A stretch of DNA of 59,646 bases from Minisyncoccota bacterium (GCA_036170235.1 JAVHOW010000001.1:1-59646); one strand, 5' to 3'; counted from the first letter of the stretch, positions 36,534 to 46,521 are shown. The notes: generated by a model from the letters alone, not told the origin. Numbers and translations are program-made.

Positions 36534-38207
36534 TTAATCTGTAAGCGAAATCACACGCTCCAATTCCTCTATAGACGTCATACCACTCAACACTTTTAAA
36601 ATACCATCTTGTTTCATGGTCAGAATTCCTTGACCTTGTGCGGCTATCCAGATCTCACGTTCACTTGGGTTCATCTCTACAGCGTCCTCGATTTTCTTAT
36701 CAGTAATGATCGCCTCATAAATACCAACACGACCTTTGTAGCCGGTGCCGTTGCATTTTTCACAACCAACTGCAGACCACATTTTCGTACGATCTGATGG
36801 TATAACAGATTTATCCTCGATTCCAGTGATTGTTGTTTCTATTTCTTTTTGATTTTCTCCTTCAACGACAATTTCTTTTTTACAAAATGTACATAGCACG
36901 CGCACCAGACGTTGAGCCATAGCAACTCGAATGGCAGAGGTTAAAACTTTTGAGTTCACACCTAGATCAATCAAGCGGGGGAATGTTCCTGCGGCGTCAT
37001 TGGTATGCAAAGTTGAAAAAACCAAGTGTCCAGTCAGAGCAGAATTGACTGCAATATCAGCAGTCTCATTGTCTCGGATTTCACCGATCATAATAATGTC
37101 CGGATCTTGTCTCACAGTTGCTCGCAAACCTTCGGCGAAAGTGTAGCCTTTCTCATTCACTTGGGTTTGTACGATACCTGGCAAATGATATTCGATTGGG
37201 TCTTCGATGGTAACTATTTTAACTTTTGGATTATGGATTTTTTTAAGAAATGAGTAAAGAGTAGTAGTTTTTCCAGAACCTGTCGGACCAGTAGTCAAGA
37301 TCATGCCATCGGGGCGGTCTATTTCTTTTAGTAGAATGCCGAGCAGTTTTTCATTGATACCAAGTTTTTCAAGAGGCACGTCGATAGATTTTGGATTTAA
37401 TAAACGCATCACAACTGATTCATTATAAGCACCAGGAAGTATAGAAACACGGACTTCGATGTCGCCAATAGGGAGGCGGATACTGAAACGTCCATCCTGT
37501 GAGTCTTTTTTAACATTGAGCTTCATTCCAGAAATGAGTTTGATGCGCGAAAGAATGAGCCCGTATGTTTCAAGGTCGAAACGGATAAGTTCTTGGAGCA
37601 CTCCATCTAGACGGTATCTGATCTGAACATATAATTCTTCAGGTTCAAAGTGTATATCAGACGCGTCGATTGCCAATGCCCCAGCGACAACGATTTCCAA
37701 GATACGTGAAATACGATAACTCTTTTTTGCCGCCACGGTATTTTCTAAAATAGAAATAATCGTCGGAAGACTTTTAGCTTTGTCGATAATGGCTGTAATT
37801 TCTTCGGTTGATATTTCCAATGATCCAGCTTTGCTCTCATAGGCAAAAGAAAGATCTTTGTACATTTTCCATGCCTTTTCTAGGCTTTGAGTGGAGGTGA
37901 TATACAGTTCAGGTTGATAACCTTTGGTGACAAGGTCCACCAATACAGTTTTAGTTTTTTCGTCTTGAGGATTGCGCGCGGCTACTTTTACTTTTTTATT
38001 GATAAGAGCGTATGCGACTATTTGACCAACTCGCGCGGACTCTTCTGGAATGAGTCGAAGAGCATCAGTGTTGATTGGCGTTCCCAAAAGATTGATATAT
38101 TCCAGTCCATATTTTCCTGAAAGGATTTGCACAAGCTCCTCCTCCTCTTTGTGGAGAAGTTCGTTGAGTTTGCGGTTTTGCTTGTCTTCGTCGAATTGGA
38201 TAGTCAT
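36534..38207 (-). CDS. pilB: GspE/PilB-family type IV pilus (type II secretion) assembly ATPase
   Basis: Walker A GPTGSGKTT, Asp box, Walker B IIMIGEIRD, His box LVFSTLHTN, tetracysteine CTFCKK..CEKCNGTGYKGR. Start set to ATG 38207, because the TTG at 38216 overlaps a TATAAT (38216-38221, minus strand). Confidence 0.9.
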   Translation of the reverse strand: MTIQFDEDKQNRKLNELLHKEEEELVQILSGKYGLEYINLLGTPINTDALRLIPEESARVGQIVAYALINKKVKVAARNPQDEKTKTVLVDLVTKGYQPELYITSTQSLEKAWKMYKDLSFAYESKAGSLEISTEEITAIIDKAKSLPTIISILENTVAAKKSYRISRILEIVVAGALAIDASDIHFEPEELYVQIRYRLDGVLQELIRFDLETYGLILSRIKLISGMKLNVKKDSQDGRFSIRLPIGDIEVRVSILPGAYNESVVMRLLNPKSIDVPLEKLGINEKLLGILLKEIDRPDGMILTTGPTGSGKTTTLYSFLKKIHNPKVKIVTIEDPIEYHLPGIVQTQVNEKGYTFAEGLRATVRQDPDIIMIGEIRDNETADIAVNSALTGHLVFSTLHTNDAAGTFPRLIDLGVNSKVLTSAIRVAMAQRLVRVLCTFCKKEIVVEGENQKEIETTITGIEDKSVIPSDRTKMWSAVGCEKCNGTGYKGRVGIYEAIITDKKIEDAVEMNPSEREIWIAAQGQGILTMKQDGILKVLSGMTSIEELERVISLTD

Positions 38208-38319
38208 TGAAGACAATTATAACGTACTGGGCGATTATTGGCACCATAGGCATTCACATAGGCATTCGAGCTTGCGAGGAGGTGAAAGGACATTATTCAT
38301 CAAATTCAATTTCGTTTTG

Positions 38320-38349
38320 TTGACTTTTTCATAATATGTGTGGTATAAT
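38320..38349 (+). promoter_or_regulatory. Canonical sigma70 promoter TTGACT -18 nt- (TGg)TATAAT, followed by a 5' UTR with AAGGAG Shine-Dalgarno (38389-38394)
   Basis: -35 at 38320-38325, extended -10 at 38341-38349, about 45-nt leader with small hairpin TAGGA/TCCTA, SD 4 nt before the ATG at 38399. Confidence 0.6.
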
Positions 38350-38398
38350 GGTTTCAGAAGTTTAGGAATGAATCCTAGACTAAAACGTAAGGAGAAAT

Positions 38399-39163
38399 AT
38401 GAACTTGAACTTTGTAAAGAAGATGACGTGTGTGCCGATTTGCTTAATTTGCACGGTTATCACATACGTTTTGGTAAACTTGGCGTCGCAATGCCAAGGG
38501 CAAACGGTGACGGTTACGATAGTGAATCCCAGAACTCGGTGCCAACCCGCACCAGTTTGTGAGCAACGATCAGCAAAGGTCGTCACCGTTGTGACGCCGA
38601 GTATTACGTGGTACCAATCGGCAACTGTGGTCGAGCATCAATGCCAGCCATCAAGGCCGGTGGTAGTTGTTCAAGAACCTGTTTACATCAATGAACCAGT
38701 GGTGGTCGTTGAACAACCGGTGCCGATGCCGGTGCCGACCCAATACTTCGAGCCGATAACAGTTCCTGTATTATTGGAACAGGGTCCGTATTACTACGGT
38801 GGTTCGTACGGATACTATCAATCGTATCCGTCGTATTGGGGATATCCAAACGTGTACAGTGAGCGTTCCAATATCAGGGAAACGTGGCGGAATTATGGCT
38901 TTGGACATAATCGTTCTTCGTGTGCCCCACAAGCGCCACGGTATTTTCCCCAAGTTCGTCAATTACCACAACCGGTGGCGGGAGTACCATTTCCTCGGTA
39001 CAACTACAATCCAAACCCGATGCGTGGACAATCGAGCGTGCAGGTGTTTCGGCAGCCACAACAATCACAACAGTTTCAGCCGCAACAACGATCGTATTCA
39101 CCGCAACAGCCACAACAATCGAGACATTCCAATGGTGGAGGTTCTCGTGGAGGTCGTCGTTAA
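38399..39163 (+). CDS. Secreted low-complexity Val/Pro/Gln/Tyr-rich protein, unknown function
   Basis: N-terminal Cys-containing signal/anchor (CVPICLICTVITYVLVNLASQCQG), V/P-rich middle, Y/G/S-rich (GPYYYGGSYGYYQSYPSYWGYP) and Q/P-rich C-terminus ending GGGSRGGRR. Visibly higher G+C than the flanks; alternative frames stay open as a consequence. Confidence 0.6.
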   Translation: MNLNFVKKMTCVPICLICTVITYVLVNLASQCQGQTVTVTIVNPRTRCQPAPVCEQRSAKVVTVVTPSITWYQSATVVEHQCQPSRPVVVVQEPVYINEPVVVVEQPVPMPVPTQYFEPITVPVLLEQGPYYYGGSYGYYQSYPSYWGYPNVYSERSNIRETWRNYGFGHNRSSCAPQAPRYFPQVRQLPQPVAGVPFPRYNYNPNPMRGQSSVQVFRQPQQSQQFQPQQRSYSPQQPQQSRHSNGGGSRGGRR

Positions 39164-39204
39164 TTGGGTATTATGCATCGTTGATGTGTCACAAAACTTC
39201 GCAA

Positions 39205-39240
39205 GCCGCGTTCCTCAAGTTGAGGGCGCGGCACTTTTTT
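39205..39240 (+). terminator. Rho-independent terminator
   Basis: GCCGCG..CCTCAA-GT-TGAGG..CGCGGC hairpin followed by a T6 run (39235-39240). Confidence 0.8.
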
Positions 39241-39265
39241 AACCAAATTCATGTACAATAGATAC

Positions 39266-41848
39266 ATGAAACAGCGACTCATTCTACTGGATGCCCATGC
39301 CATACTCCATCGTGCCTATCATGCTCTGCCTGACTTTATGACGGCAAAAGGCGAGCCAACTGGCGCTTTGTATGGACTTTCCGCCATGCTTATTGGAATT
39401 ATCGAAAATTTCAAACCTGACTATATCGTTGCATGTTATGACGTCAAAGGTCCTACATATCGCCACGAAGCATACAAAGAATACAAAGCACAGCGCAAGG
39501 TTGCGGATGATGAATTAATTACCCAAATGAAACGTTCCAGAGATATTTTCACCGCTCTTAATATTCCAATATACGACAAACAGGGATTTGAGGCTGATGA
39601 CATGTTGGGGACGATTGTGGAGCAGTTGAAAGGGGAGAGTAAGGCTGAAGAAAAAAATGAAAATAAGGAAGAAATAAGAAATAAGCAAAAATCGAAAAAT
39701 GGCAAAGAAAAAAATTCAGATTCAGATCTTGAAATCATCATCGCCTCTGGTGACATGGATACTTTGCAGTTGGTCAAAGGCGAAGAAGTAAAAGTGTATA
39801 CCTTCAAAAAAGGGATTAAGGATACGATTATGTATGACGAGAAAGCAGTCAATGATCGTTTTGGTTTCGGACCGAAACTAGTTGCTGATTACAAAGGTCT
39901 TCGAGGGGATCCATCTGACAACATTATTGGAGTCAAGGGTATTGGTGAAAAAACTGCCACGATACTAATTACAACTTTTGGAACAATCGAAGATATATAC
40001 AAAGAACTAGAAGCTGGTCATGAAGATGCATTCAAAAAAGTTGGGATAACGCCGCGCATCATTCAATTACTAAAAGACAATAAAGAGGAAGCGGAATTCA
40101 GCAAAATGCTCGCTACTATTCGTCGTGACGCGCCGATTACCTTCATTATGCCGGAGAAGACATTCAAAGATAATTTGGATGTTAAAAAAGTTACGGCATT
40201 GTGGACTGAATTGGAATTTCGGACGCTTACACAAAGGTTGATTAAGGTTGTTGAGGGTAAACTAAAGAATGAAAGTATGCGACCCCCTTCTTCAGCTTCA
40301 GAAACGAAAGATTCCTCACCCACGATCGGCTTTGCTCGCACAACGGAATTGCTCGCAAAGCCGTCTTTTCTCGCGTCGGCGAACGTGGTAAAAGAAAGCA
40401 ATCTACAGCGACGCTCCGAAGAGGGTTCGGCATCTTTGTTTCCTTCGCTTGAAGAAGGGGAACTCAAAAAAACTCTACTCGCTCTCTGGCTCGTCAATTC
40501 AAATCTCACCAACCCAACTCTTGACGACATTCTAAATTTTGCAAATACTGAATCATTCAGCGAAGCCCAAAAAGTTATTTTTACTGAACTTGATAAAAGG
40601 GGACTTCGAAAAGTTTATGAAGACATTGAATTACCACTTATTCCAATTGTGGAAAAAATGGAAACACGTGGCATCAAAATTGACAAAGCCCTTCTTGTTC
40701 AATTATCAAAAACATATCACATCAAATTAGCTAGTTTGGAAAAAGAAATCTGGAAACATGCCGGCATCGAGTTTAATATTAATTCTCCAAAACAACTCGG
40801 TGAAATACTTTTTGATAAAATGGGTTTGACTGCCAAAAATATGAAGAAAACCGCTGGTGGCGCGCGATCAACTCGTGAATCCGAATTGGAAAAATTGCGT
40901 GATTTGCACCCGATCGTGCCAATGATATTCGAATATCGCGAACTGGCAAAATTACTTTCAACATATATTGACGCTATCCCGCCGCTTCTCGATAATGATG
41001 ATCGTCTGCACTCACACCTAGTTTCCGCTGGTACAACAACTGGTCGTATGGCTTCGATAAATCCAAATCTTCAGAATATTCCTATAAAATCTGAACTTGG
41101 CAAAGCGATTCGCCACGCGTTCATTACCGACGCGGATTTTAGTTTGTGCGCGTTTGATTATTCTCAAATTGAACTTCGGATTGCCGCATTCTTGTCAGGC
41201 GATGAAAAAATGATCGAGATATTCAAAAAAGGGGAAGATGTCCACACATCCGTGGCGTCATTTGTTTTCAAAGTTCCTCTTGATCAAGTAACTCCAAATA
41301 TGCGCCGCAATGCCAAAGCAATAAATTTCGGAATTATTTATGGCATGGGCGTGACGTCATTACAAAAAAATATTGGTACTAGTCGCGCTGAAGCGCAACA
41401 ATTTTATAATGAATATTTTCAAACATTTTCCAAACTGGCACAGTACTTGAATGAGGTGAAAGCCGAAACAGCACGCCGTGGCTACACGGAAACGTTCTAT
41501 GGTCGCCGAAGATATTTCGAAGGGATAAATTCAAAAATACCCTTTATTAAAGCCGCGGCAGAACGTATGGCAGTGAATGCTCCAATTCAAGGAACCGAAG
41601 CTGATGTTATCAAATTGGCCATGATTCGGATTGATGAATATATTAAAAAAGAAAAATTAGAAAATGAGGTTTTTCCATTACTTCAAGTGCATGACGAATT
41701 GGTTTATGAGATCAAAAAAGAAATAGCGAAAAAAGTGGCTGGTGATATTGAAAAAATAATGGAGTCGGTTATGGATCCGAAAGACACCAAAGGAGTCATT
41801 CTGAAAGCCTCAGGATCAACTGGAAATAATTGGGGAGAGTTAAAGTAG
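39266..41848 (+). CDS. polA: DNA polymerase I (5'-3' exonuclease plus family A polymerase; degenerate central exo region)
   Basis: LLLDAHAILHRAYHA, ..GDMDTLQL.., H3TH GIGEKTA, pol motifs A (DYSQIELRI), B (RRNAKAINFGIIYG) and C (QVHDELV). Lys/Glu/Asn-rich insert at about residues 125-160. Start set to ATG 39266 (TACAAT 39254-39259 lies 6 nt upstream). Confidence 0.93.
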   Translation: MKQRLILLDAHAILHRAYHALPDFMTAKGEPTGALYGLSAMLIGIIENFKPDYIVACYDVKGPTYRHEAYKEYKAQRKVADDELITQMKRSRDIFTALNIPIYDKQGFEADDMLGTIVEQLKGESKAEEKNENKEEIRNKQKSKNGKEKNSDSDLEIIIASGDMDTLQLVKGEEVKVYTFKKGIKDTIMYDEKAVNDRFGFGPKLVADYKGLRGDPSDNIIGVKGIGEKTATILITTFGTIEDIYKELEAGHEDAFKKVGITPRIIQLLKDNKEEAEFSKMLATIRRDAPITFIMPEKTFKDNLDVKKVTALWTELEFRTLTQRLIKVVEGKLKNESMRPPSSASETKDSSPTIGFARTTELLAKPSFLASANVVKESNLQRRSEEGSASLFPSLEEGELKKTLLALWLVNSNLTNPTLDDILNFANTESFSEAQKVIFTELDKRGLRKVYEDIELPLIPIVEKMETRGIKIDKALLVQLSKTYHIKLASLEKEIWKHAGIEFNINSPKQLGEILFDKMGLTAKNMKKTAGGARSTRESELEKLRDLHPIVPMIFEYRELAKLLSTYIDAIPPLLDNDDRLHSHLVSAGTTTGRMASINPNLQNIPIKSELGKAIRHAFITDADFSLCAFDYSQIELRIAAFLSGDEKMIEIFKKGEDVHTSVASFVFKVPLDQVTPNMRRNAKAINFGIIYGMGVTSLQKNIGTSRAEAQQFYNEYFQTFSKLAQYLNEVKAETARRGYTETFYGRRRYFEGINSKIPFIKAAAERMAVNAPIQGTEADVIKLAMIRIDEYIKKEKLENEVFPLLQVHDELVYEIKKEIAKKVAGDIEKIMESVMDPKDTKGVILKASGSTGNNWGELK

Positions 41849-41896
41849 TAATTACAGCATGTAGTCTATATTCCATTTAATAAACACTGAAATAAA

Positions 41897-42415
41897 ATGA
41901 TTTCAAAAATCTCTCATTCACTTGAAGAAACAAAAAAGATCGCGGCGGATTGGGTCGCATTAGTTTCGTCAACAAGTTTAGATTCGAATAACAGGACAGA
42001 TTTAAATATAGATTCAAGTTTGGTTTCAAAAGTCACACCCAATTTTGTCGGAATCAATAAAAGTGCAACCATTATCGGTTTATCGGGAAATCTCGGTTCA
42101 GGTAAAACCACATTTACTCAATGTGTGGCTCAAGAATTGGGAATTACGGAATTTGTGACAAGTCCAACTTTTGTGATTATGAAGATCTATCCGACTCAGC
42201 ACGCTATTTTCAAAAAATTAATTCATATAGATGCGTATCGATTTGAAAAGTCTGAAGAATTAGAAGTTCTTGAACTCGACAAACTTGCTACCGATCCGCA
42301 AAACTTAATTATTATTGAATGGCCTGAAAAAGTCGCGCATGCATTACCTGTTGGCGCAAAAACTATTACATTTGAGGTGGTTGGAGAAAGTGAGCGCAGA
42401 ATTGATTTTATTTGA
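41897..42415 (+). CDS. tsaE: tRNA t6A37 biosynthesis ATPase TsaE
   Basis: P-loop GLSGNLGSGKTTFTQ, ..SPTFVIM..Y....HIDAYR.., with an about 30-aa insert near the N-terminus. Confidence 0.85.
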   Translation: MISKISHSLEETKKIAADWVALVSSTSLDSNNRTDLNIDSSLVSKVTPNFVGINKSATIIGLSGNLGSGKTTFTQCVAQELGITEFVTSPTFVIMKIYPTQHAIFKKLIHIDAYRFEKSEELEVLELDKLATDPQNLIIIEWPEKVAHALPVGAKTITFEVVGESERRIDFI

Positions 42416-42421
42416 TATACT
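42413..42421 (+). promoter_or_regulatory. Extended -10 (TGATATACT) 6 nt upstream of the ATG at 42428
   Basis: TGnTAnnnT match overlapping the tsaE stop codon. Confidence 0.45.
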
Positions 42422-42427
42422 TTCACT

Positions 42428-43177
42428 ATGCTATACGTTTTTCATGGATCAGATACTCATTCCGCGATTACCAAATCTTCTGCTCTGGTAAATTCATTGC
42501 GCGCAAAAAAACCTGACGCGTCGTATGTACGTGTGGAAGCGGGGACATGGACGTCGTCTATCATTGAAGAGCATCTTGGTGGACAAGGTTTATTTTCAAA
42601 TAAATACATTATTCTTTTGGATCGAATCATGGAAAATTTAGAGGCAAAAGAAAAGTTACCAGAATTTGCTTCTGCCATGAATGAATCAGCGAACATATTT
42701 GTCGTGGTAGAGGGTAAACTCAACGCAGAACTAAAAAAAGCATTTGAGAAGAGCGCTGAAAAGATGGTGGAATGCGAGGAAATTCAAAAACAAGAACGCG
42801 ATTTATCAAAATCACTGTCTGGCAGAAACAGAAAGGAAGAATTTAACATTTTTGCATTGGCGGACGCGGTAGGACAGAAAGATTCATTCAAGGCGTGGTC
42901 TGTATATCGCCAAGCTATTGATAATGGTGTTGAAGCGGAAAGCATCGCGGGTACGCTTTTTTGGCAAATAAAATCAATGATACTTGCTAAAATGACATCG
43001 ACGGCGACCGAGGCGGGACTTAACCCGTTTGTGTTTGGAAAAGCAAAGCGGTATTCAAATAATTATTCCCCAGATGAATTGGGGCAGTGGGCGAAAAACA
43101 TAATTGGGCTATATCACGATGGGCATCGAGGAAAGGTTGATTTGGAGCTAAGTTTAGAAAAGTTCCTGCTATTTTAG
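42428..43177 (+). CDS. holA: DNA polymerase III delta subunit-like protein (short; tentative)
   Basis: MLYVFHGSD....I.......L and ..GLFSNKYIILLD.. follow the HolA N-terminal domain pattern. 249 aa is short for HolA. By-eye assignment. Confidence 0.4.
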   Translation: MLYVFHGSDTHSAITKSSALVNSLRAKKPDASYVRVEAGTWTSSIIEEHLGGQGLFSNKYIILLDRIMENLEAKEKLPEFASAMNESANIFVVVEGKLNAELKKAFEKSAEKMVECEEIQKQERDLSKSLSGRNRKEEFNIFALADAVGQKDSFKAWSVYRQAIDNGVEAESIAGTLFWQIKSMILAKMTSTATEAGLNPFVFGKAKRYSNNYSPDELGQWAKNIIGLYHDGHRGKVDLELSLEKFLLF

Positions 43178-43186
43178 ATTAATTAA

Positions 43187-43195
43187 TGGTATTAT
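43187..43195 (+). promoter_or_regulatory. Extended -10 (TGGTATTAT) 6 nt upstream of the ATG at 43202
   Basis: TGnTAnnnT match at leaderless-type spacing. Confidence 0.45.
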
Positions 43196-43201
43196 TTACT
43201 T

Positions 43202-44767
43202 ATGGACGCGCATCTGCTAATTCATAATATAGGGTATGGAGCTTCTACTATCGCGACTCTTATTGGGTTTCTATTTCTAATATTAAACAATCCTCGAGCC
43301 AAAGGTCATATTCCACTCGCTTTAACTTTCTTGGCGGTTACAGTTTTTATCTCGTCTCATATTCTTGGCGCAAACGCCGTCAATCCGGAAACCTCGCGGA
43401 TGTTTTTCATGTTTAATCTAAGTATCTTTTTTATAGGAGCATTCAATGTGCATGCTGTTTTTTCTACTCTGGGTAAAAGCAAAGATAAGTGGTACATTAT
43501 TATTTTTATATACGCACTTGCGATTATTTTCTCAATTTTTTTCATAATTTATCCAGATTTTTTCTTGCACGCTTCTGTTCCAAAAATGTATTTTCCAAAT
43601 TATTATGTTCCAGGGGCACTCAATTGGATACGAATGGTGTTTTTATATGGCTCCTGCACTTTTTTTATTTTTGAACTGTTTAAGTCTTATAAAAAAGATG
43701 CGAATTTTGACAGAAAAAGACAGTTGAAATATCTGATAATTTCGTACACTTTTGCTTATGCACTTGGTTTTATTCCAAATTTTCTCGTCTATGATATACC
43801 AGTAGACCCTTTGTGGGGAATGATGTTCATGGTTACATTTACAGTCATATTTCTGTATGCCGCCATCAAATATGAATTGATGAATATCAAAATAATAGCA
43901 AAGCAAGCTTTAGTATATGGGATTGTAGTCGCAAGTGTTGGAAGTGTAATTGTTTTGTTTGAGTTCCTCAGTCGTACTATAGGTGTTGAATACCCAAGCT
44001 TTCCAGCGTGGATTATTCCAACTTCTTCAGTAGTCCTTGTTGCATTAATTACATCATTAGTTTGGAAGAAAATTCGCGAAGTAGATTTACTTAAATATGA
44101 ATTTATCACAACGGTTACTCACAAATTCCGTACACCATTGACCCAGATCAGGTGGGCAAGTGACAATCTTGTGAATAGTGTCAATCTTTCTAAAGATGAT
44201 AAAGATCAAATCAGGTATATAAAATCCGCGAACAGTAATCTTGTAGACCTGACTAGTTTATTGGTAACAGTTTCTGGAGATGAAAGTTCTACATACGAAT
44301 ATCGCATGGAAAAAATTAATTTAAAGACTACTATTGAAGAGATTATTGTTTCTATTGAAACATCAATTGCAAATAAAAAAATAACCATAAAAAATAATTT
44401 TGCCACAGATGTGTATGCTCAATGTGATTCATCAAGAATAAAATTTGTAATCCAAACGTTTATTGAAAATGCCATAAGTTATACGCCAGAAGGAGGTATA
44501 GTTGATATTTTCTTATGCAAAAAAGACGCAAAAGTTATCGTGTCAGTGAAAGATTCTGGCATTGGTATCTTGAAAAATGAATTCCCGCTGATTTTCTCGA
44601 AATTTTATAGAAGTAGTAGCGCTAGGATAAACGATACAGAAGGACTTGGAATCGGACTTTTTATTTCGAAACAGATTATTACACGCCACGAAGGAAAAAT
44701 ATGGGTAGAATCTGAAGGTGTTAATCGTGGTAGTACATTCTCATTCTCCATACCAGCTTTGAATTAA
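43202..44767 (+). CDS. Sensor histidine kinase with N-terminal 7TM domain
   Basis: About 7 hydrophobic helices, H-box FITTVTHKFRTPLTQI, N-box ..FIENAISYTPEGG, G1 DSGIGI, G2 GLGIGLFISKQI. Confidence 0.88.
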   Translation: MDAHLLIHNIGYGASTIATLIGFLFLILNNPRAKGHIPLALTFLAVTVFISSHILGANAVNPETSRMFFMFNLSIFFIGAFNVHAVFSTLGKSKDKWYIIIFIYALAIIFSIFFIIYPDFFLHASVPKMYFPNYYVPGALNWIRMVFLYGSCTFFIFELFKSYKKDANFDRKRQLKYLIISYTFAYALGFIPNFLVYDIPVDPLWGMMFMVTFTVIFLYAAIKYELMNIKIIAKQALVYGIVVASVGSVIVLFEFLSRTIGVEYPSFPAWIIPTSSVVLVALITSLVWKKIREVDLLKYEFITTVTHKFRTPLTQIRWASDNLVNSVNLSKDDKDQIRYIKSANSNLVDLTSLLVTVSGDESSTYEYRMEKINLKTTIEEIIVSIETSIANKKITIKNNFATDVYAQCDSSRIKFVIQTFIENAISYTPEGGIVDIFLCKKDAKVIVSVKDSGIGILKNEFPLIFSKFYRSSSARINDTEGLGIGLFISKQIITRHEGKIWVESEGVNRGSTFSFSIPALN

Positions 44768-44799
44768 ACAGACGTTACATGTATATTTCTGAGCACATA

Positions 44800-46365
44800 T
44801 TACTTCTTGTAAGGAAAGACAATGGTAAATGTCATTCCTTTATTTTCTCCTTCTGAATAAATATTAATTTTACCCTTATCTTTTTCTATGATTTGTCGTA
44901 CCATAAAAAGACCAACACCAACTCCTTCAGTATCTACCATTTGTGCTCGCGAACTCCTGTAGAATTTTGTAAATAGGTGTTCCTTTTCTTCTTTATTCAA
45001 ACCCATACCATTATCTATTATCTGAACAGTAACTATATATTTATCATTATTTACTTTTATTGTAATTTTTCCACCTTCTGGTGTGTAATTTATGGAATTG
45101 TCTATAATAATTTCGATAGCGGAATTTATTCTCGTTTCATCCCCGAATATAAATGATCCAAGGTCACCAGTGAATTCAATTTTAATTTTTTTATAATCGG
45201 CTGAATGTTGATGTTCTGCTAAATGTTTTGAAACCAGATCATAAATGTCAAATGATTTTGCTTTGTAATTGAAACTGCTGGATTCTGTGTCTGAAAGATT
45301 CGCAAGAATATCAATAAGTTCTATTAGTTTGTGATTTGACTCTTTAATTCTTTTAATATCTTCTTTATTGGCTTCAGGTACTTCCGTGAGCAAACTGTCA
45401 GAAGCCCATTTTATATAAGTAAGTGGAGTTCGGAATTTGTGAGTAATGATACTTATAAAGTTGTATTTGAGTTGATCAGTTTCTCGTAATTTATTCCAAA
45501 TATATATTCCAATAGTTACGATAATTATCGACCATATCATAGGGAAGAGCCATAAAGGAAAATTCTGTATATTTTTTTCCGCTAAATTGTTTAGGAAAAA
45601 TAATACCTCAATTGATATGCCACCAATTACTACATAAAAAGCATAATATATAGCTTTTTTTGCTATAACTATAATATCTAGTAGTTCGTATTGTATAATT
45701 GCATATGTAAATGGTATAAAAAAGGCTGTTACAAAGAATATTGACCAGATTGGATCTATAAAGGTTATATTATATATAAGTGGTTCTGCTGTAGTTCCAA
45801 GTAATACTCCCAAAAATGAGGCGACAAAAAAATATCTCAGTCTGTTTTTTGTTGATGGATCAGATTTTCTATAAACAAGTATTGTTTGGTATAAGAAATA
45901 CGCCGGTATAATGTTGCCAGAGAATAAGCGCATTATCCAATGAAGCGATCCTGCGACATAATAATTTGTAAAATATAACTTCGGGACTGATGGCAACAGG
46001 AAAGTATCGGGAAAGATAATGTATATAAATAACAATATGAAAGAAAGCACGTAAGTTATATTTAGTATTTTTCTTTGTTTTTCAAGAATCCCTATGAGTG
46101 ATAGCGTGGTATGGAAGAAAAATAGAAAAATAAAAATGTTACTTAAATTGAACATCAAAACCAATCTTGATATTTCTGGGTCATGTACATTTACTCCGAT
46201 TAGGTGAGAAATTAAAAATACCAAAACAGTAAACATCATGTACACCAGCATCTTGATCGTAGTTTGCGATCGATCTTTGCTGTAAAGGAAAATAATAAAA
46301 ACGACAACCTCTATGATTGAAATGATATAACCAACGTTGTGTATAATCAGTCGCGTTGAATCCAT
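44800..46365 (-). CDS. Sensor histidine kinase with N-terminal 7TM domain (paralog of 43202-44767)
   Basis: Same 521-aa length and architecture: H-box FISIITHKFRTPLTYI, N-box IIDNSINYTPEGG, DNGMGL, GVGVGLFMVRQI. N-terminus alignable with the neighbour (MD...LI.HN.GY....). Confidence 0.88.
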   Translation of the reverse strand: MDSTRLIIHNVGYIISIIEVVVFIIFLYSKDRSQTTIKMLVYMMFTVLVFLISHLIGVNVHDPEISRLVLMFNLSNIFIFLFFFHTTLSLIGILEKQRKILNITYVLSFILLFIYIIFPDTFLLPSVPKLYFTNYYVAGSLHWIMRLFSGNIIPAYFLYQTILVYRKSDPSTKNRLRYFFVASFLGVLLGTTAEPLIYNITFIDPIWSIFFVTAFFIPFTYAIIQYELLDIIVIAKKAIYYAFYVVIGGISIEVLFFLNNLAEKNIQNFPLWLFPMIWSIIIVTIGIYIWNKLRETDQLKYNFISIITHKFRTPLTYIKWASDSLLTEVPEANKEDIKRIKESNHKLIELIDILANLSDTESSSFNYKAKSFDIYDLVSKHLAEHQHSADYKKIKIEFTGDLGSFIFGDETRINSAIEIIIDNSINYTPEGGKITIKVNNDKYIVTVQIIDNGMGLNKEEKEHLFTKFYRSSRAQMVDTEGVGVGLFMVRQIIEKDKGKINIYSEGENKGMTFTIVFPYKK

Positions 46366-46521
46366 GCTGTATAGTATAGCCTGAAGATGGTTATTGAAAA
46401 AGTGTACCGCAAAATATTAGTATGTCCTTGTTTCTGAATTCGGGCAGTAAGTGCTGAATTCAATAAATAATTGCACAACTTGTAAATTGTGTTAATCTGT
46501 CAAGTGTCGTAAAGATAACAT

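Noticed and set aside
38799-39261. ORFs 38799-39242 and 38920-39261 overlapping the Y/Q/P-rich gene.
   Set aside because: They are alternative frames of a G+C-rich repetitive gene. Only the 38399 frame has a promoter, SD, signal peptide and terminator.
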